Assembly: GCA_964590055.1 (NCBI GenBank)
Contig: CAZPXU010000001.1
Coordinates: 1-33,138 of the forward strand
Source: an uncultured Candidatus Saccharibacteria bacterium
GTDB taxonomy: Bacteria > Patescibacteriota > Minisyncoccia > JACPKW01 > UBA11713
Reading direction: 5' to 3'
DNA length: 33,138 bases
A program made the translations under genes and the position numbers. Below the pieces are notes generated by a model, which had not been told where the DNA came from, searched no databases, and saw only the letters and a program-made list of their open reading frames with translations. Below, piece after piece: positions 1 through 8,584 of this stretch (its first letter is position 1; every line of letters starts with the position of its first letter).

Positions 1-944
1 TTTTCGCGCGTGAGCAACCCTTCCCGCGCGCCGACGTATTGCACCACCGACATTGAGTTTACGGGCGCCCACAAAAGGGCCTGTTTTATATCCATGTCGA
101 AACAACAAAGCGCCACCACAAAAGTAGAAGAAAAAGCATCCCCCGCCCCCGTCCGCTCGTAAGGCGGCTTGGGATCAGGATAAGGCGGCATGAACCAGGC
201 GTTTTTCCCATCCGAGGCATAAGCACCCTTGGGCCCGTCGGTGATAACCACAATTTTAGGGCCAAGTTTATGGAACCAGTCAAAAAGTTTTTTTATGTCT
301 TCTTCCGTCGTCCCCAAAATTCGTTGGGCCTCTTCCCGGTTACAGATAAAAACATCCGTACGCTTATAAATTCCCGCGAGCCTTTCTTTGCCGAGCTTCA
401 TCTGGAAAGTTCCGGGCTGGAAAGCAAACTTGATTTTAGGACGCGCGTTTAAATATTTCTCAACGGTTTTGTGAAATTCCTCAGAATTTCCTCCGAGGGA
501 AGAAAAATAAACCCACTTCGGCTCGTTGACGTCTGGAAGAGAGTAGGGAAAATTCTCGTGCTTTATCAAAATAGTGCGGTCGTCCTCGTACCACAAAACA
601 TAGTGGTAGTTGGTTTTCATCCCCTTGTGGATTTTTACAAATTCCGTGGCTACTTTTTCTTTCTTGAGCGCATCCAGACACTCCTTTCCGAAATAATCGT
701 CGCCGATGTTGGAAACTAAAGCGCTGTCAAGCCCCAATCTCGCGGCCGCCACCGCCGCGTTCGCGCTATTTCCCACCGCCGGCACGACATAAACTTCCTC
801 ATAGGGAATCTTGTCGGCAAAGCGCAGGCATAGCTCCCTCGCCCCTTTGTCGATATCCAGATGCGCCGAGGCCCCTTCCTTAAGGTCAATAAAGGCATCG
901 GTTACGGTATCGCCGATTGCGATGAAGTCGAAATTTGCCTTCAT
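1..944 (-). CDS. PfkB-family carbohydrate/nucleoside kinase (ribokinase-like); 3' end runs off the window
   Basis: Absent from the ORF track because there is no in-window stop. My translation from the ATG at 944-942 reads MKANFDFIAIGDTVTDAFIDLKEG...VVPAVGNSANAAVAAARLGLD...VVITDGPKGAYA...ERTGAGDAFSSTFVVAL. The frame stays open to base 3. The N-terminal GD..D and C-terminal TGAGD motifs are typical of PfkB/ribokinase kinases. Confidence 0.8.
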   Translation of the reverse strand, partial: MKANFDFIAIGDTVTDAFIDLKEGASAHLDIDKGARELCLRFADKIPYEEVYVVPAVGNSANAAVAAARLGLDSALVSNIGDDYFGKECLDALKKEKVATEFVKIHKGMKTNYHYVLWYEDDRTILIKHENFPYSLPDVNEPKWVYFSSLGGNSEEFHKTVEKYLNARPKIKFAFQPGTFQMKLGKERLAGIYKRTDVFICNREEAQRILGTTEEDIKKLFDWFHKLGPKIVVITDGPKGAYASDGKNAWFMPPYPDPKPPYERTGAGDAFSSTFVVALCCFDMDIKQALLWAPVNSMSVVQYVGAREGLLTRE

Positions 945-1019
945 TTAAGCCCGAAATACCGTGATGGCGATCATCCCGGCAAGAAGCGCCAGAAAGAATA
1001 GCGTGGAAAAAAGGTCCAT
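945..1019 (-). CDS. possible 24-aa hydrophobic micro-protein
   Basis: This 75-nt ORF (MDLFSTLFFLALLAGMIAITVFRA*) is below the track cutoff. It exactly fills the gap between the transketolase-C stop (1029) and the pfkB start. Its TAA (947-945) abuts the pfkB ATG. It encodes one hydrophobic helix and could be chance. Confidence 0.25.
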   Translation of the reverse strand: MDLFSTLFFLALLAGMIAITVFRA

Positions 1020-1028
1020 AAGTTTATT

Positions 1029-2027
1029 TTACTTCCTTTTTAAAACTTTTGTAACAGCTGCTTTAACGTCCTTAACCCCCATGCCGAAGTGTTCGATGAG
1101 CTCGCCAGGAGCACCCGATTCGCCGAAGCGGTTCTGGACGCCGACAAATTCCATCGGCACGGGGCAATTCTTTGCCAGAACCTCGGCCACGGCCGAACCC
1201 ATCCCCCCTTGAATTTGATGCTCTTCCACGGTTACAACGGCGCCAGCGTCTTGGGCCGCGGCGATGATTGTTTTGTCGTCCATCGGCTTCACAGTGTGAT
1301 TATTTATGACGCGGATTTTGATCCCTTCTTTTTCAAGTTCCGCGGCCGCGAGAATGGCATTATGCAAAAGCGGTCCGCACGAGACAATGGCGCAATCCGG
1401 TTTCCCCTTGGAATCAAAAAATATTTCAGCTTTGCCGATTTCAAAAGGCGTGTCCGGAGTCGTAAAAACGGGAGTTTTTTCGCGCGCAAAGCGGATATAA
1501 ACCGGGCCTTCGAGGTCAGCCGCCGCGACGGTGGCTTTTCTCGCCTCATGCATGTCGCAGGGCGAAAGCACAGTCATATTCGCAATCGGCCGCGTGATCG
1601 CGATGTCCTCAACCGCCTGGTGCGTCGCGCCGTCCGGCCCCACGGAAACCCCGGCATGCGCTCCGGCAATAATCACGTGCCGTTCGTTGTAGCAAATCGT
1701 GGTACGAATCTGCTCCCAATTGCGCCCAGGCGAGAACATGGCATAGGAAGAGATGAACGGAATTTTGCCGACGGCGGCAAGACCGGAGGCTACCCCAGCC
1801 ATGTTCTGCTCCGCCACTCCCATTTCCACAAATCTCTCCGGAAATTTTTTCGCAAACGCTTCGGAACGCGTGGATTCCGTCAAATCCGCGCAAAGCACCA
1901 CCACGCGCGGGTTTTTTTCTCCGGCCTCAACCAAACCCAACCCGTATCCATCCCGAGTCGGTTTTCGCTCAAGAGACTTCGGGTCGAGAATATTCTCGAC
2001 CAATTTTGCTCTGGGATTTAGAGGCAT
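1029..2027 (-). CDS. tkt: transketolase, C-terminal subunit (pyrimidine-binding plus C-terminal domains)
   Basis: ORF-track 333-aa ORF. Motifs: RDGYGLGLVEAGEKNPRVVVLCADLTEST, FVEMGVAEQNMAGVASGLA, ...GPDGATHQAVEDIA. The ATG at 2027 is preferred over the TTG at 2030. Confidence 0.9.
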   Translation of the reverse strand: MPLNPRAKLVENILDPKSLERKPTRDGYGLGLVEAGEKNPRVVVLCADLTESTRSEAFAKKFPERFVEMGVAEQNMAGVASGLAAVGKIPFISSYAMFSPGRNWEQIRTTICYNERHVIIAGAHAGVSVGPDGATHQAVEDIAITRPIANMTVLSPCDMHEARKATVAAADLEGPVYIRFAREKTPVFTTPDTPFEIGKAEIFFDSKGKPDCAIVSCGPLLHNAILAAAELEKEGIKIRVINNHTVKPMDDKTIIAAAQDAGAVVTVEEHQIQGGMGSAVAEVLAKNCPVPMEFVGVQNRFGESGAPGELIEHFGMGVKDVKAAVTKVLKRK

Positions 2028-2033
2028 CAAAAC

Positions 2034-2204
2034 TTAAAATTTGGCCCCAATGGCAAGCACGCCCACCACCAAGGCGTTGGCAAACCAGGTCTGCCAAGTG
2101 ATGTTCATAAACTCGGCGCCGTAGTAAAGCCCGGCAAATCCGCCGACATACATCAAAACCGCCGCTGCCCAGAGAATCGCTTTGATTTTTTTCATTCCCT
2201 CCAT
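2034..2204 (-). CDS. small two-TM membrane protein (56 aa; alternative start at 2195 gives 53 aa)
   Basis: Below the track cutoff. My translation is MEGMKKIKAILWAAAVLMYVGGFAGLYYGAEFMNITWQTWFANALVVGVLAIGAKF*, with two hydrophobic helices. GGAGGG precedes the second in-frame ATG. The stop lies 6 nt before the transketolase-C ATG. Confidence 0.45.
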   Translation of the reverse strand: MEGMKKIKAILWAAAVLMYVGGFAGLYYGAEFMNITWQTWFANALVVGVLAIGAKF

Positions 2205-2281
2205 AATTTTGAACTTATTTCCCCGTTAATAAGACGACCTTTTTGTTCTGATAATCCCGGCCGCGCTCGGGGCTTGGTAAC

Positions 2282-2932
2282 TCAAAGAGAGCCGGACGGC
2301 GATCCCGGTATTTTGTGTTTTCGCTGCCACCACGCCTGGACAAGCACCGTCAAAATTGAGAAAACGACAATCAGGGTACCCAAAACGATATAGATGCCGA
2401 GTTTTTGATACTCGCTGATTACCCAGCTCCCGGCGTCAAAAAGAAGCCGGATCGTTATAGTAAGGGCAGCGATGAAATAAGGGAGCGTCACCGCGGCGTA
2501 AGCCGTGCCCCTGCGGTAAAAAGTCAGAAAGATAATCAGGGCGATAATAATGACGGGGACCACGAAAGCCGTGTGGATGAACAGTCTCTGCAGTTCTACG
2601 TTCCCGCGCTCGCGCTCGGCCGCCTGCACGGCTTCGTTGTAAGCGTTCCAGGCATCTTGAAATTCGAGATCGCTTTTATACTGGTAGCGACCGGGGTAGG
2701 ACGGAGAGGGCTGAGATTTGACCAGATTGCCGATATCCCCCCAAATCTGATTGAAGAGAAAAACGAGAGCAAGAGTCAGAAGTACGGCAAAAATGACCGT
2801 AAAAGCGGAGACTTTGTGGACGCCCCCGCCCGCAGAACCTCCCAACCGCCAGCCGGACGGAGCGACCCTCTGCCAAACGGCGATTAAGATAAGCCCAAAA
2901 ATGGACCAACCGGCTAAACTGATTATATCCAT
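2282..2932 (-). CDS. hypothetical polytopic membrane protein (216 aa)
   Basis: ORF-track ORF with an ATG start and about 5 hydrophobic segments. I recognise no family. Confidence 0.65.
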   Translation of the reverse strand: MDIISLAGWSIFGLILIAVWQRVAPSGWRLGGSAGGGVHKVSAFTVIFAVLLTLALVFLFNQIWGDIGNLVKSQPSPSYPGRYQYKSDLEFQDAWNAYNEAVQAAERERGNVELQRLFIHTAFVVPVIIIALIIFLTFYRRGTAYAAVTLPYFIAALTITIRLLFDAGSWVISEYQKLGIYIVLGTLIVVFSILTVLVQAWWQRKHKIPGSPSGSL

Positions 2933-3002
2933 GAATTACGCGTTAAGTTTTGTTAATTTAATAAACCAAAAGACCTTTGAAATAATTTTATAATAGCACC
3001 GA

Positions 3003-3467
3003 TTACCCCGGTACGAAATCGAAATTTTCAACACTAGCTTTGACCTGTCCCTGCCACTCGGCGGGCACCTCTATGCCCCCATAGCGGAATTCCGCAATAA
3101 ATCCGGGCCGAAGCGTCTTATCCACCTTGACTCTCCCCTCGCTGATGGATCGGCCCTGTAAATCCAGGTATTCGATATGAACGGAAACATTGCTAATCGT
3201 GCTGGGGCCGTTATTCACCACCTTGCCCAACAGATGGCTCAAGCGCGCTTCCTGGAAACCCTCTCCGGGGAACCTTTCTCCGGTAAATACCAGCTGAATC
3301 TTGGGCCGATAGTTCGCCTTCTCTTCAGCGAGCGAAGAGGTGTCGGGCGGCAAAGGCGCGATTTCCGCGCGGCGCAGCTCAAGATAATAAATGCCGCCGG
3401 CGTATCCCAAGAAAACAAGCAGGGCCAGACCGAGCAGAAAAAAAATAAGATTTTTATCCGGATGCAT
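3003..3467 (-). CDS. hypothetical TM-anchored protein (154 aa)
   Basis: ATG start. An N-terminal helix (LIFFLLGLALLVFLGYAGGIYY) is followed by roughly 110 aa that look beta-rich. No family recognised. Confidence 0.65.
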   Translation of the reverse strand: MHPDKNLIFFLLGLALLVFLGYAGGIYYLELRRAEIAPLPPDTSSLAEEKANYRPKIQLVFTGERFPGEGFQEARLSHLLGKVVNNGPSTISNVSVHIEYLDLQGRSISEGRVKVDKTLRPGFIAEFRYGGIEVPAEWQGQVKASVENFDFVPG

Positions 3468-3472
3468 GCTTG

Positions 3473-4333
3473 TTATTGATGCTCGCTTTTTATCTTACCT
3501 CCCAAAGTCCGGAGACGCTCCAGGAAAACTTTCGCCTGGTCTTTCGAGGGCGGGATGCCGTGCCACTTGTAATCAAATTCAATTTCGGGAACGCCCTTGC
3601 CGGGAATGGTGTGAGCGATAATCAAAACCGGTTTTTCGTAAATCGCGCGAGCGGTCTCAAAAGCGTTTGCGATTTCATTGAAATCATGGCCGTTTATCTC
3701 CAAAACGTGCCACCGGAAAGCCTCGTATTTTTCGCGAAGCGGCTCAAGCGGCATGACGTCCTCGGTCATGCCGTCAATCTGGATGTTGTTGCGGTCAATC
3801 AGGGCGGTTAAATTGTCCAATTTTAATTTTCCGGCGAGCATCGCGGCCTCCCAGGTGTTTCCCGCCTCCTGTTCGCCGTCAGACATCAGGCAGATTACTT
3901 GATTCGGCTTTGCGTCCATTTTGAATCCAATCGCCATGCCCACGGCCTGCGAAAGTCCGGAGCCCAAAGGCCCGGAAGTGGTTTCAATCCCGGGCAAAGA
4001 GCCGCGGTGCGGGTGGCCTTGAAGGCGCGTTCCGAACTTACGCAAAGTTTTCAACTCTTCCATCGGAAAATACTTGGCATGCGCCAAAGTCGCGTACTCG
4101 ACGGGGCAGATATGTCCGTTTGAAAGCACCAGTCTGTCTCTCTCCTCCCAGTCCGGATTTTTAGGATCGTTATTCAAAATATGGAAATAAAGCGCCGTGA
4201 AAACATCAGCCATACCCAACGGCCCCGCGGTGTGCCCACTTCCCGCCTCCACCAGCATTTCAATAACAGATTGGCGAATCTGATTCGCTCGCTCCTCCAA
4301 AAACTTGATTTTTTCCTCATGCAGATGCGGCAT
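3473..4333 (-). CDS. tkt: transketolase, N-terminal (TPP-binding) subunit
   Basis: 286 aa. Motifs: GSGHTAGPLGMADVFTALYF, LSNGHICPVEYA, GHPH, GPLGSGLSQAVGMA, LMSDGEQEAGNTWEA. Confidence 0.9.
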   Translation of the reverse strand: MPHLHEEKIKFLEERANQIRQSVIEMLVEAGSGHTAGPLGMADVFTALYFHILNNDPKNPDWEERDRLVLSNGHICPVEYATLAHAKYFPMEELKTLRKFGTRLQGHPHRGSLPGIETTSGPLGSGLSQAVGMAIGFKMDAKPNQVICLMSDGEQEAGNTWEAAMLAGKLKLDNLTALIDRNNIQIDGMTEDVMPLEPLREKYEAFRWHVLEINGHDFNEIANAFETARAIYEKPVLIIAHTIPGKGVPEIEFDYKWHGIPPSKDQAKVFLERLRTLGGKIKSEHQ

Positions 4334-4964
4334 GTTTTAAATTCTCGACTGCTTTTTTAATATCCCCAGACTTAAAAATATAAGCTCCCGAAACTAAAAT
4401 ATTTGCTCCCGCTTTGATACACCTCCCGCCAATGGCAAGGTCGACGCCTCCATCTACTTCAAGTATAGCTTGCGGGTGCTTTTCACGGATGTGCCTAATT
4501 TTGTTTAAAATTTCTGGCTGAAATTTCTGCCCTGACATGCCCGGAAACACAGCAAGCGTCTGCATAAGATCAACTTTAGAGAAAAATGGGTTAAGCTCGA
4601 CCCACGGCGTCTCCGGACGAACCGCAAGGCCGACTTGCTTCCCCTCTCTGTTAATTTTTTCTATAACAAAGTCCGGATCGTGAGCCGCCTCCAAGTGAAA
4701 AATTATTCGATCTACATTTGGCAAAATCCAATCTCGCCACCTGAAATCCATATCAGCTATCATTAAGTGAACCTCGATTTTTGTCCGTGCCTCAAAATCA
4801 ATGAGGTCGCGCGCGTCATGCCAGCTGACATATCCATTTGTAAATTGACCATCCGAGATATCCAAATGCACCCAGTCCACATAGGGCGAAACGAGTTCTA
4901 TTTTTTTATCTACCTCCTCAAAAGAAGACTCGTTGATTGAAGGAATTATCTCAATTTTTGGCAT
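4317..4964 (-). CDS. rpe: ribulose-phosphate 3-epimerase
   Basis: Motifs: MPKIEIIPSINESSF..., WVHLDISDGQF, FPGMSGQKF, EVDGGV. The track ORF begins at a GTG (5033). The ATG at 4964 matches the family N-terminus and cuts the overlap with mutM to 19 nt. Confidence 0.85.
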   Translation of the reverse strand: MPKIEIIPSINESSFEEVDKKIELVSPYVDWVHLDISDGQFTNGYVSWHDARDLIDFEARTKIEVHLMIADMDFRWRDWILPNVDRIIFHLEAAHDPDFVIEKINREGKQVGLAVRPETPWVELNPFFSKVDLMQTLAVFPGMSGQKFQPEILNKIRHIREKHPQAILEVDGGVDLAIGGRCIKAGANILVSGAYIFKSGDIKKAVENLKHAASA

Positions 4965-5767
4965 TTTGGACAAATAAAAGTTCCACGGCTCGCGACTTTT
5001 ATTCTTCTTATTATAGCATTGCATCTTTGGCACTTCTCCCCTGCTCTTTGATACACAAAACGCGCTTGGTAATATCGCCCTTCCGAGCTATCCGGATGCA
5101 GCCAATCGCGCATGGTCGTACCGCCCAAGCGTATGGATTTTTTCAGAACAAATTTCAGCGCAGAAAATAAATTTTTCAGTTCCCGAATCTCCAGATTTTG
5201 AATTTTTCTTTTCGGATGGATTTTAGCTTTCCACAAAACCTCGTCAGCCACAATGTTCCCGATGCCGGAGAAAACATCCTGGCGTAAAAGAAGCGGCTTT
5301 ATTATCCCTTTTCTAGTTTTCAATAATTCCATGAATTCTTCAAAAGAAAGCGAAAGCGGGTCAGCTCCGAGCCTCGCAAGATATTTATCTTTCAAAATAT
5401 CTTCGGCCGAGCCATACCAAACTACTCCAAATTTCCTAATGTCGTGCATGACCAAAGACTCATACCTCGATATATCGAGGTGGAAGTGAATATGCTTGTC
5501 TGAAAATTTTTTAGGAACAACAAGCAATTTCCCGCTCATCCGCTGGTGGAAGCCCAAAATTTTTCCTCCGGACAAATGGACTAAAACCGCTTTGCCTTTT
5601 CGTTCCAGGCGCAAAATTTTTCTCCCGCGGATATCCCGAGAAATTTCTTTTCTGCTCGAAATCCTCAAACCCCGCGGCCAATCCGTCCAAAAACTCAAAA
5701 TCCGCTTGCCTCTCAAAAGTGGCTCAAGTTTTCTTTTTGTAGTTTCTACTTCCGGAAGCTCAGGCAA
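4946..5767 (-). CDS. mutM: formamidopyrimidine-DNA glycosylase (Fpg/MutM)
   Basis: It has the invariant N-terminus (M)PELPEVE and a C-terminal zinc finger, CQRCNAIIRRIKVASRGTFICPKC. The start codon is TTG (5767-5765). Confidence 0.9.
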   Translation of the reverse strand: MPELPEVETTKRKLEPLLRGKRILSFWTDWPRGLRISSRKEISRDIRGRKILRLERKGKAVLVHLSGGKILGFHQRMSGKLLVVPKKFSDKHIHFHLDISRYESLVMHDIRKFGVVWYGSAEDILKDKYLARLGADPLSLSFEEFMELLKTRKGIIKPLLLRQDVFSGIGNIVADEVLWKAKIHPKRKIQNLEIRELKNLFSALKFVLKKSIRLGGTTMRDWLHPDSSEGRYYQARFVYQRAGEKCQRCNAIIRRIKVASRGTFICPKCQKLR

Positions 5768-7380
5768 GCTTTAATAAATTCCCTGAATAAAGGATGCGGA
5801 TTTAACGGGCGGGATTTGAATTCGGGATGAAACTGCGTGCCCACAAAAAAGGGATGGTCTTTTAATTCGATTATCTCCACGAGTCCGGATTCGGGATTGA
5901 TACCGGATGAGACCAACCCTTTGGATTCCAAAACTTCCTTCAGGGCATTATTGAATTCATAGCGGTGGCGATGGCGTTCCTGGACGGTTCTTTCTCCATA
6001 AGCGCGCCGCGCCGTGGTTTTATCTTTGAGGCGGCAGGCATAGGCGCCAAGTCGCATCGTTCCGCCCATTTTCCCTTTGAAAATCTTCTCCTTCTGCTCC
6101 GACATCAAATCAATCACGGGATATTTCGTCCGCGGATTTACCTCTGTGGTATGCGCCCCCTTCATTCCCGCCGCGTGGCGCGCGAACTCAATCACGGCAA
6201 GCTGCATTCCGTAGCAAAGACCCAAAAACGGCTTCTTGTTTTTCCGCGCGTATTCAATCGCCTTGATTTTCCCTTCCACCCCCCTGGAGCCGAAGCCCCC
6301 TGGGACAACAACTCCGTCGAGCCCGGAAAGCTCTTCTTTCATGCGTTTGGAATCTCTCTCATAAGCTTCGGCGTCAAGCCATAATATTTTCGGGTGGCGG
6401 GAAAAATGCCACGAGGCGTGCTTTACTGCCTCAATCACGGAAAGGTAGGAATCCGAGAGCGTGAAATTGCCCGTGCCGAAATATTTCCCAACGATGCCGA
6501 TTTGAACTTCTTTTTTGGAATTCGCGGCTCGCCTTACCATCCGCCCCCAATCTTTCAAATCGCGCCCGCTCTCCTTCAGCCCGAATTTTTTCAAAATTTT
6601 ATTTCCCAGGCGATCTTTCTCGAAATTAAGCGGCACTTGATAAATGACGTCAATGTCGGGGGCGGAAATAATATCCTCCGGGCGCACATTGCAGAAAACG
6701 GAAAGTTTCCTTTTTCGCGGCTCGTCCAAACCCACTTCCGAGCGCGCGATTATGAAATCCGGCTGAATGCCCGCGGAGTTCAAAGCGCGCACAGCGTGCT
6801 GGGTGGGTTTGGTTTTCATCTCGCCGATTTTAGAGGGAATGGGGAGATATGTTATCAACAGAAACATCACGCTTGCTGGATTTTTCAGATGCATCATCCG
6901 CGCCGCTTCCAGAAACAAAATGTTTTCGTATTCCCCGGCCGTGCCGCCGATCTCCACCAAAACAAAATCAGCTTTCGTCCGCTTCACTACCGAACCGAGG
7001 CGCCGGATGACCTCTTCGGGAATGTGCGGAACAATCTGGACGCAAGCCCCGTCGTATTTGAGCGAGCGTTCCTTCTCGATCACGGAAAGATAGACCGAGC
7101 CCGAGGTCATGTAATTCGACGCCAGAATATTTTCGTCCAAAAACCTCTCGTAGTTGCCCAAATCCTGGTCGGTTTCCATCCCATCCTCGGTCACAAACAC
7201 CTCTCCGTGCTCAATCGGGTTCATCGTACCCGCGTCCACGTTCAGATACGGGTCGATTTTAACGCAGGTCGCGGTAAAACCCTTGGATTTTAAAATCCTC
7301 GCGAGGGAGGCGACGGAAATGCCCTTGCCGATGCCGGACATCACGCCGCCTATAATAAAAATAAACCTTGGGCTCGCCAT
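5746..7380 (-). CDS. pyrG: CTP synthase
   Basis: Motifs: FIFIIGGVMSGIGKG, the GATase domain GLCYGMQ, and HRHRYEFN. The ATG at 7380 matches the family N-terminus. The track's extra 13 aa start at a GTG. Confidence 0.95.
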   Translation of the reverse strand: MASPRFIFIIGGVMSGIGKGISVASLARILKSKGFTATCVKIDPYLNVDAGTMNPIEHGEVFVTEDGMETDQDLGNYERFLDENILASNYMTSGSVYLSVIEKERSLKYDGACVQIVPHIPEEVIRRLGSVVKRTKADFVLVEIGGTAGEYENILFLEAARMMHLKNPASVMFLLITYLPIPSKIGEMKTKPTQHAVRALNSAGIQPDFIIARSEVGLDEPRKRKLSVFCNVRPEDIISAPDIDVIYQVPLNFEKDRLGNKILKKFGLKESGRDLKDWGRMVRRAANSKKEVQIGIVGKYFGTGNFTLSDSYLSVIEAVKHASWHFSRHPKILWLDAEAYERDSKRMKEELSGLDGVVVPGGFGSRGVEGKIKAIEYARKNKKPFLGLCYGMQLAVIEFARHAAGMKGAHTTEVNPRTKYPVIDLMSEQKEKIFKGKMGGTMRLGAYACRLKDKTTARRAYGERTVQERHRHRYEFNNALKEVLESKGLVSSGINPESGLVEIIELKDHPFFVGTQFHPEFKSRPLNPHPLFREFIKACLSFRK

Positions 7381-7448
7381 TGAATTTCGAGAGCCAAAGG
7401 CTCTTTTCCACCATACCACAGCGCCCGCAAAATCCCGCTGTGAATAAG

Positions 7449-7904
7449 TTATTTGAAGTTCTTTTTCTCTATTTCGGCTATTTTTTGAAGCCTTCTTGCT
7501 CGCCTCTCCACCGCCTCAAAGGGCGTTTTTAGAAAAATCTCCGCGATGTCTCTTGTTTCGTCAACGTTTAAAAAATCAGCCGGAAGAGAAATTACGTTAA
7601 CATCGTCATCATTGCGGGCGGCGCGGGCGACTTGGGCGGAAGACGCGAGAGTGGCGCGAATTCCTTTGACTTTGTTCGCAGCCGCGTCCATCCCTGTGCC
7701 GGAGCCGCAAAGCAAAATCCCCCGCGCCGAGCCGTCTTTGGAAACTTTTTCGGCGACAGCCAAAGCGAAGTCCGGATAATCGTCGTCTTTATCATATTCA
7801 AACGCCCCGACGTCCTCCACATCATATCCTTTTTCGTCCAAAAAGTTTTTGAGTTCCGCTTTTAGTTCAAACCCGCGATGGTCCGCTCCGATATAGATTT
7901 TCAT
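7449..7904 (-). CDS. rpiB: ribose-5-phosphate isomerase B
   Basis: Motifs: MKIYIGADHRGFELK and the catalytic LLCGSGTGM. It is 151 aa, and its start forms an ATGA overlap with the upstream gene. Confidence 0.9.
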   Translation of the reverse strand: MKIYIGADHRGFELKAELKNFLDEKGYDVEDVGAFEYDKDDDYPDFALAVAEKVSKDGSARGILLCGSGTGMDAAANKVKGIRATLASSAQVARAARNDDDVNVISLPADFLNVDETRDIAEIFLKTPFEAVERRARRLQKIAEIEKKNFK

Positions 7905-8584
7905 TTTAAATTTTTATTGACTAACTGCGCGAGGGCAATCAACTGCTCGCGGGTGAATTTTTCGGCGCCTAAACCGTCAAATTCTAATCCGATATAAAAT
8001 TGTTTATTACCGTTCTCAAATCCTAGCGTCTTGCGCATAGCGTCATAAAATCCGAGCGATCCGACTTGGACTTGCTCAATCCCGCTCCCCGGAATTTTTG
8101 AAAAGCCCTGCGATTGTTCTAACGCAGACTGAAAAATATCAGTCATGTGGTAAATCACTGCGTTTACTCCCGCACGATCTTTAATATTACCGTTCGGATA
8201 ATAGGTATATGATCGATAATTACAGATTGTGGTCCCTTGTATCAATCCCCCGTATCTTGCATCATCCTCCGGAGGAAGCGCTTGGCGCAAAGCTTCCTTG
8301 GCCTGGCTTTCAATTTCTGGACTGGCGTTCTCAGCCACGATATTCTCACCAAAAATTTTTCTAACATCCGATTCTGGCGCAATTTTTTCACAAATCGGAG
8401 ATTGGCGGCTTCCGCGAGGCGCTTCACTGCCTACAATCTGGCCGGGGCTTTTCTTGGGTTCCGACAAAATTGGAGATACAGTTCTATTGTAGATATAAAT
8501 TCCTGTGCCAACCACGACAGCCGCCACTACAAGCGTTACAACAATACCAATAAAACCTTTTTCATTTTTAACTTTATTTGTCAC
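7901..8584 (-). CDS. hypothetical TM-anchored protein (227 aa)
   Basis: The GTG start sits in a GTGA overlap with the RCC1 gene stop. The N-terminal helix is FIGIVVTLVVAAVVVGTGIYIY. No family recognised. Confidence 0.6.
   Translation of the reverse strand: MTNKVKNEKGFIGIVVTLVVAAVVVGTGIYIYNRTVSPILSEPKKSPGQIVGSEAPRGSRQSPICEKIAPESDVRKIFGENIVAENASPEIESQAKEALRQALPPEDDARYGGLIQGTTICNYRSYTYYPNGNIKDRAGVNAVIYHMTDIFQSALEQSQGFSKIPGSGIEQVQVGSLGFYDAMRKTLGFENGNKQFYIGLEFDGLGAEKFTREQLIALAQLVNKNLK

Noticed and set aside
1089-2021. 310-aa plus-strand ORF
   Set aside because: It lies entirely antisense to the well-supported transketolase-C gene. Its product is Arg/Gly/Phe-rich with no motifs, which is typical of a shadow ORF.
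2196-2281. Terminator after the 216-aa membrane protein gene
   Set aside because: Only a 4-bp GC stem (cccg/cggg) can be drawn and there is no U-tract, so it is not supportable.
6394-7293. 299-aa plus-strand ORF
   Set aside because: It is antisense to pyrG, whose frame carries unmistakable CTP synthase motifs. This is a shadow ORF.
7391-7442. Two small hairpins (agagcc/ggctct at 7390-7404; cacagcg/cgctgtg at 7417-7442) in the rpiB-pyrG spacer as a pyrG attenuator
   Set aside because: On the coding (minus) strand neither stem is followed by a U-tract, and the stems are only 6-7 bp. This is not enough to claim CTP-responsive attenuation like that of Bacillus pyrG.
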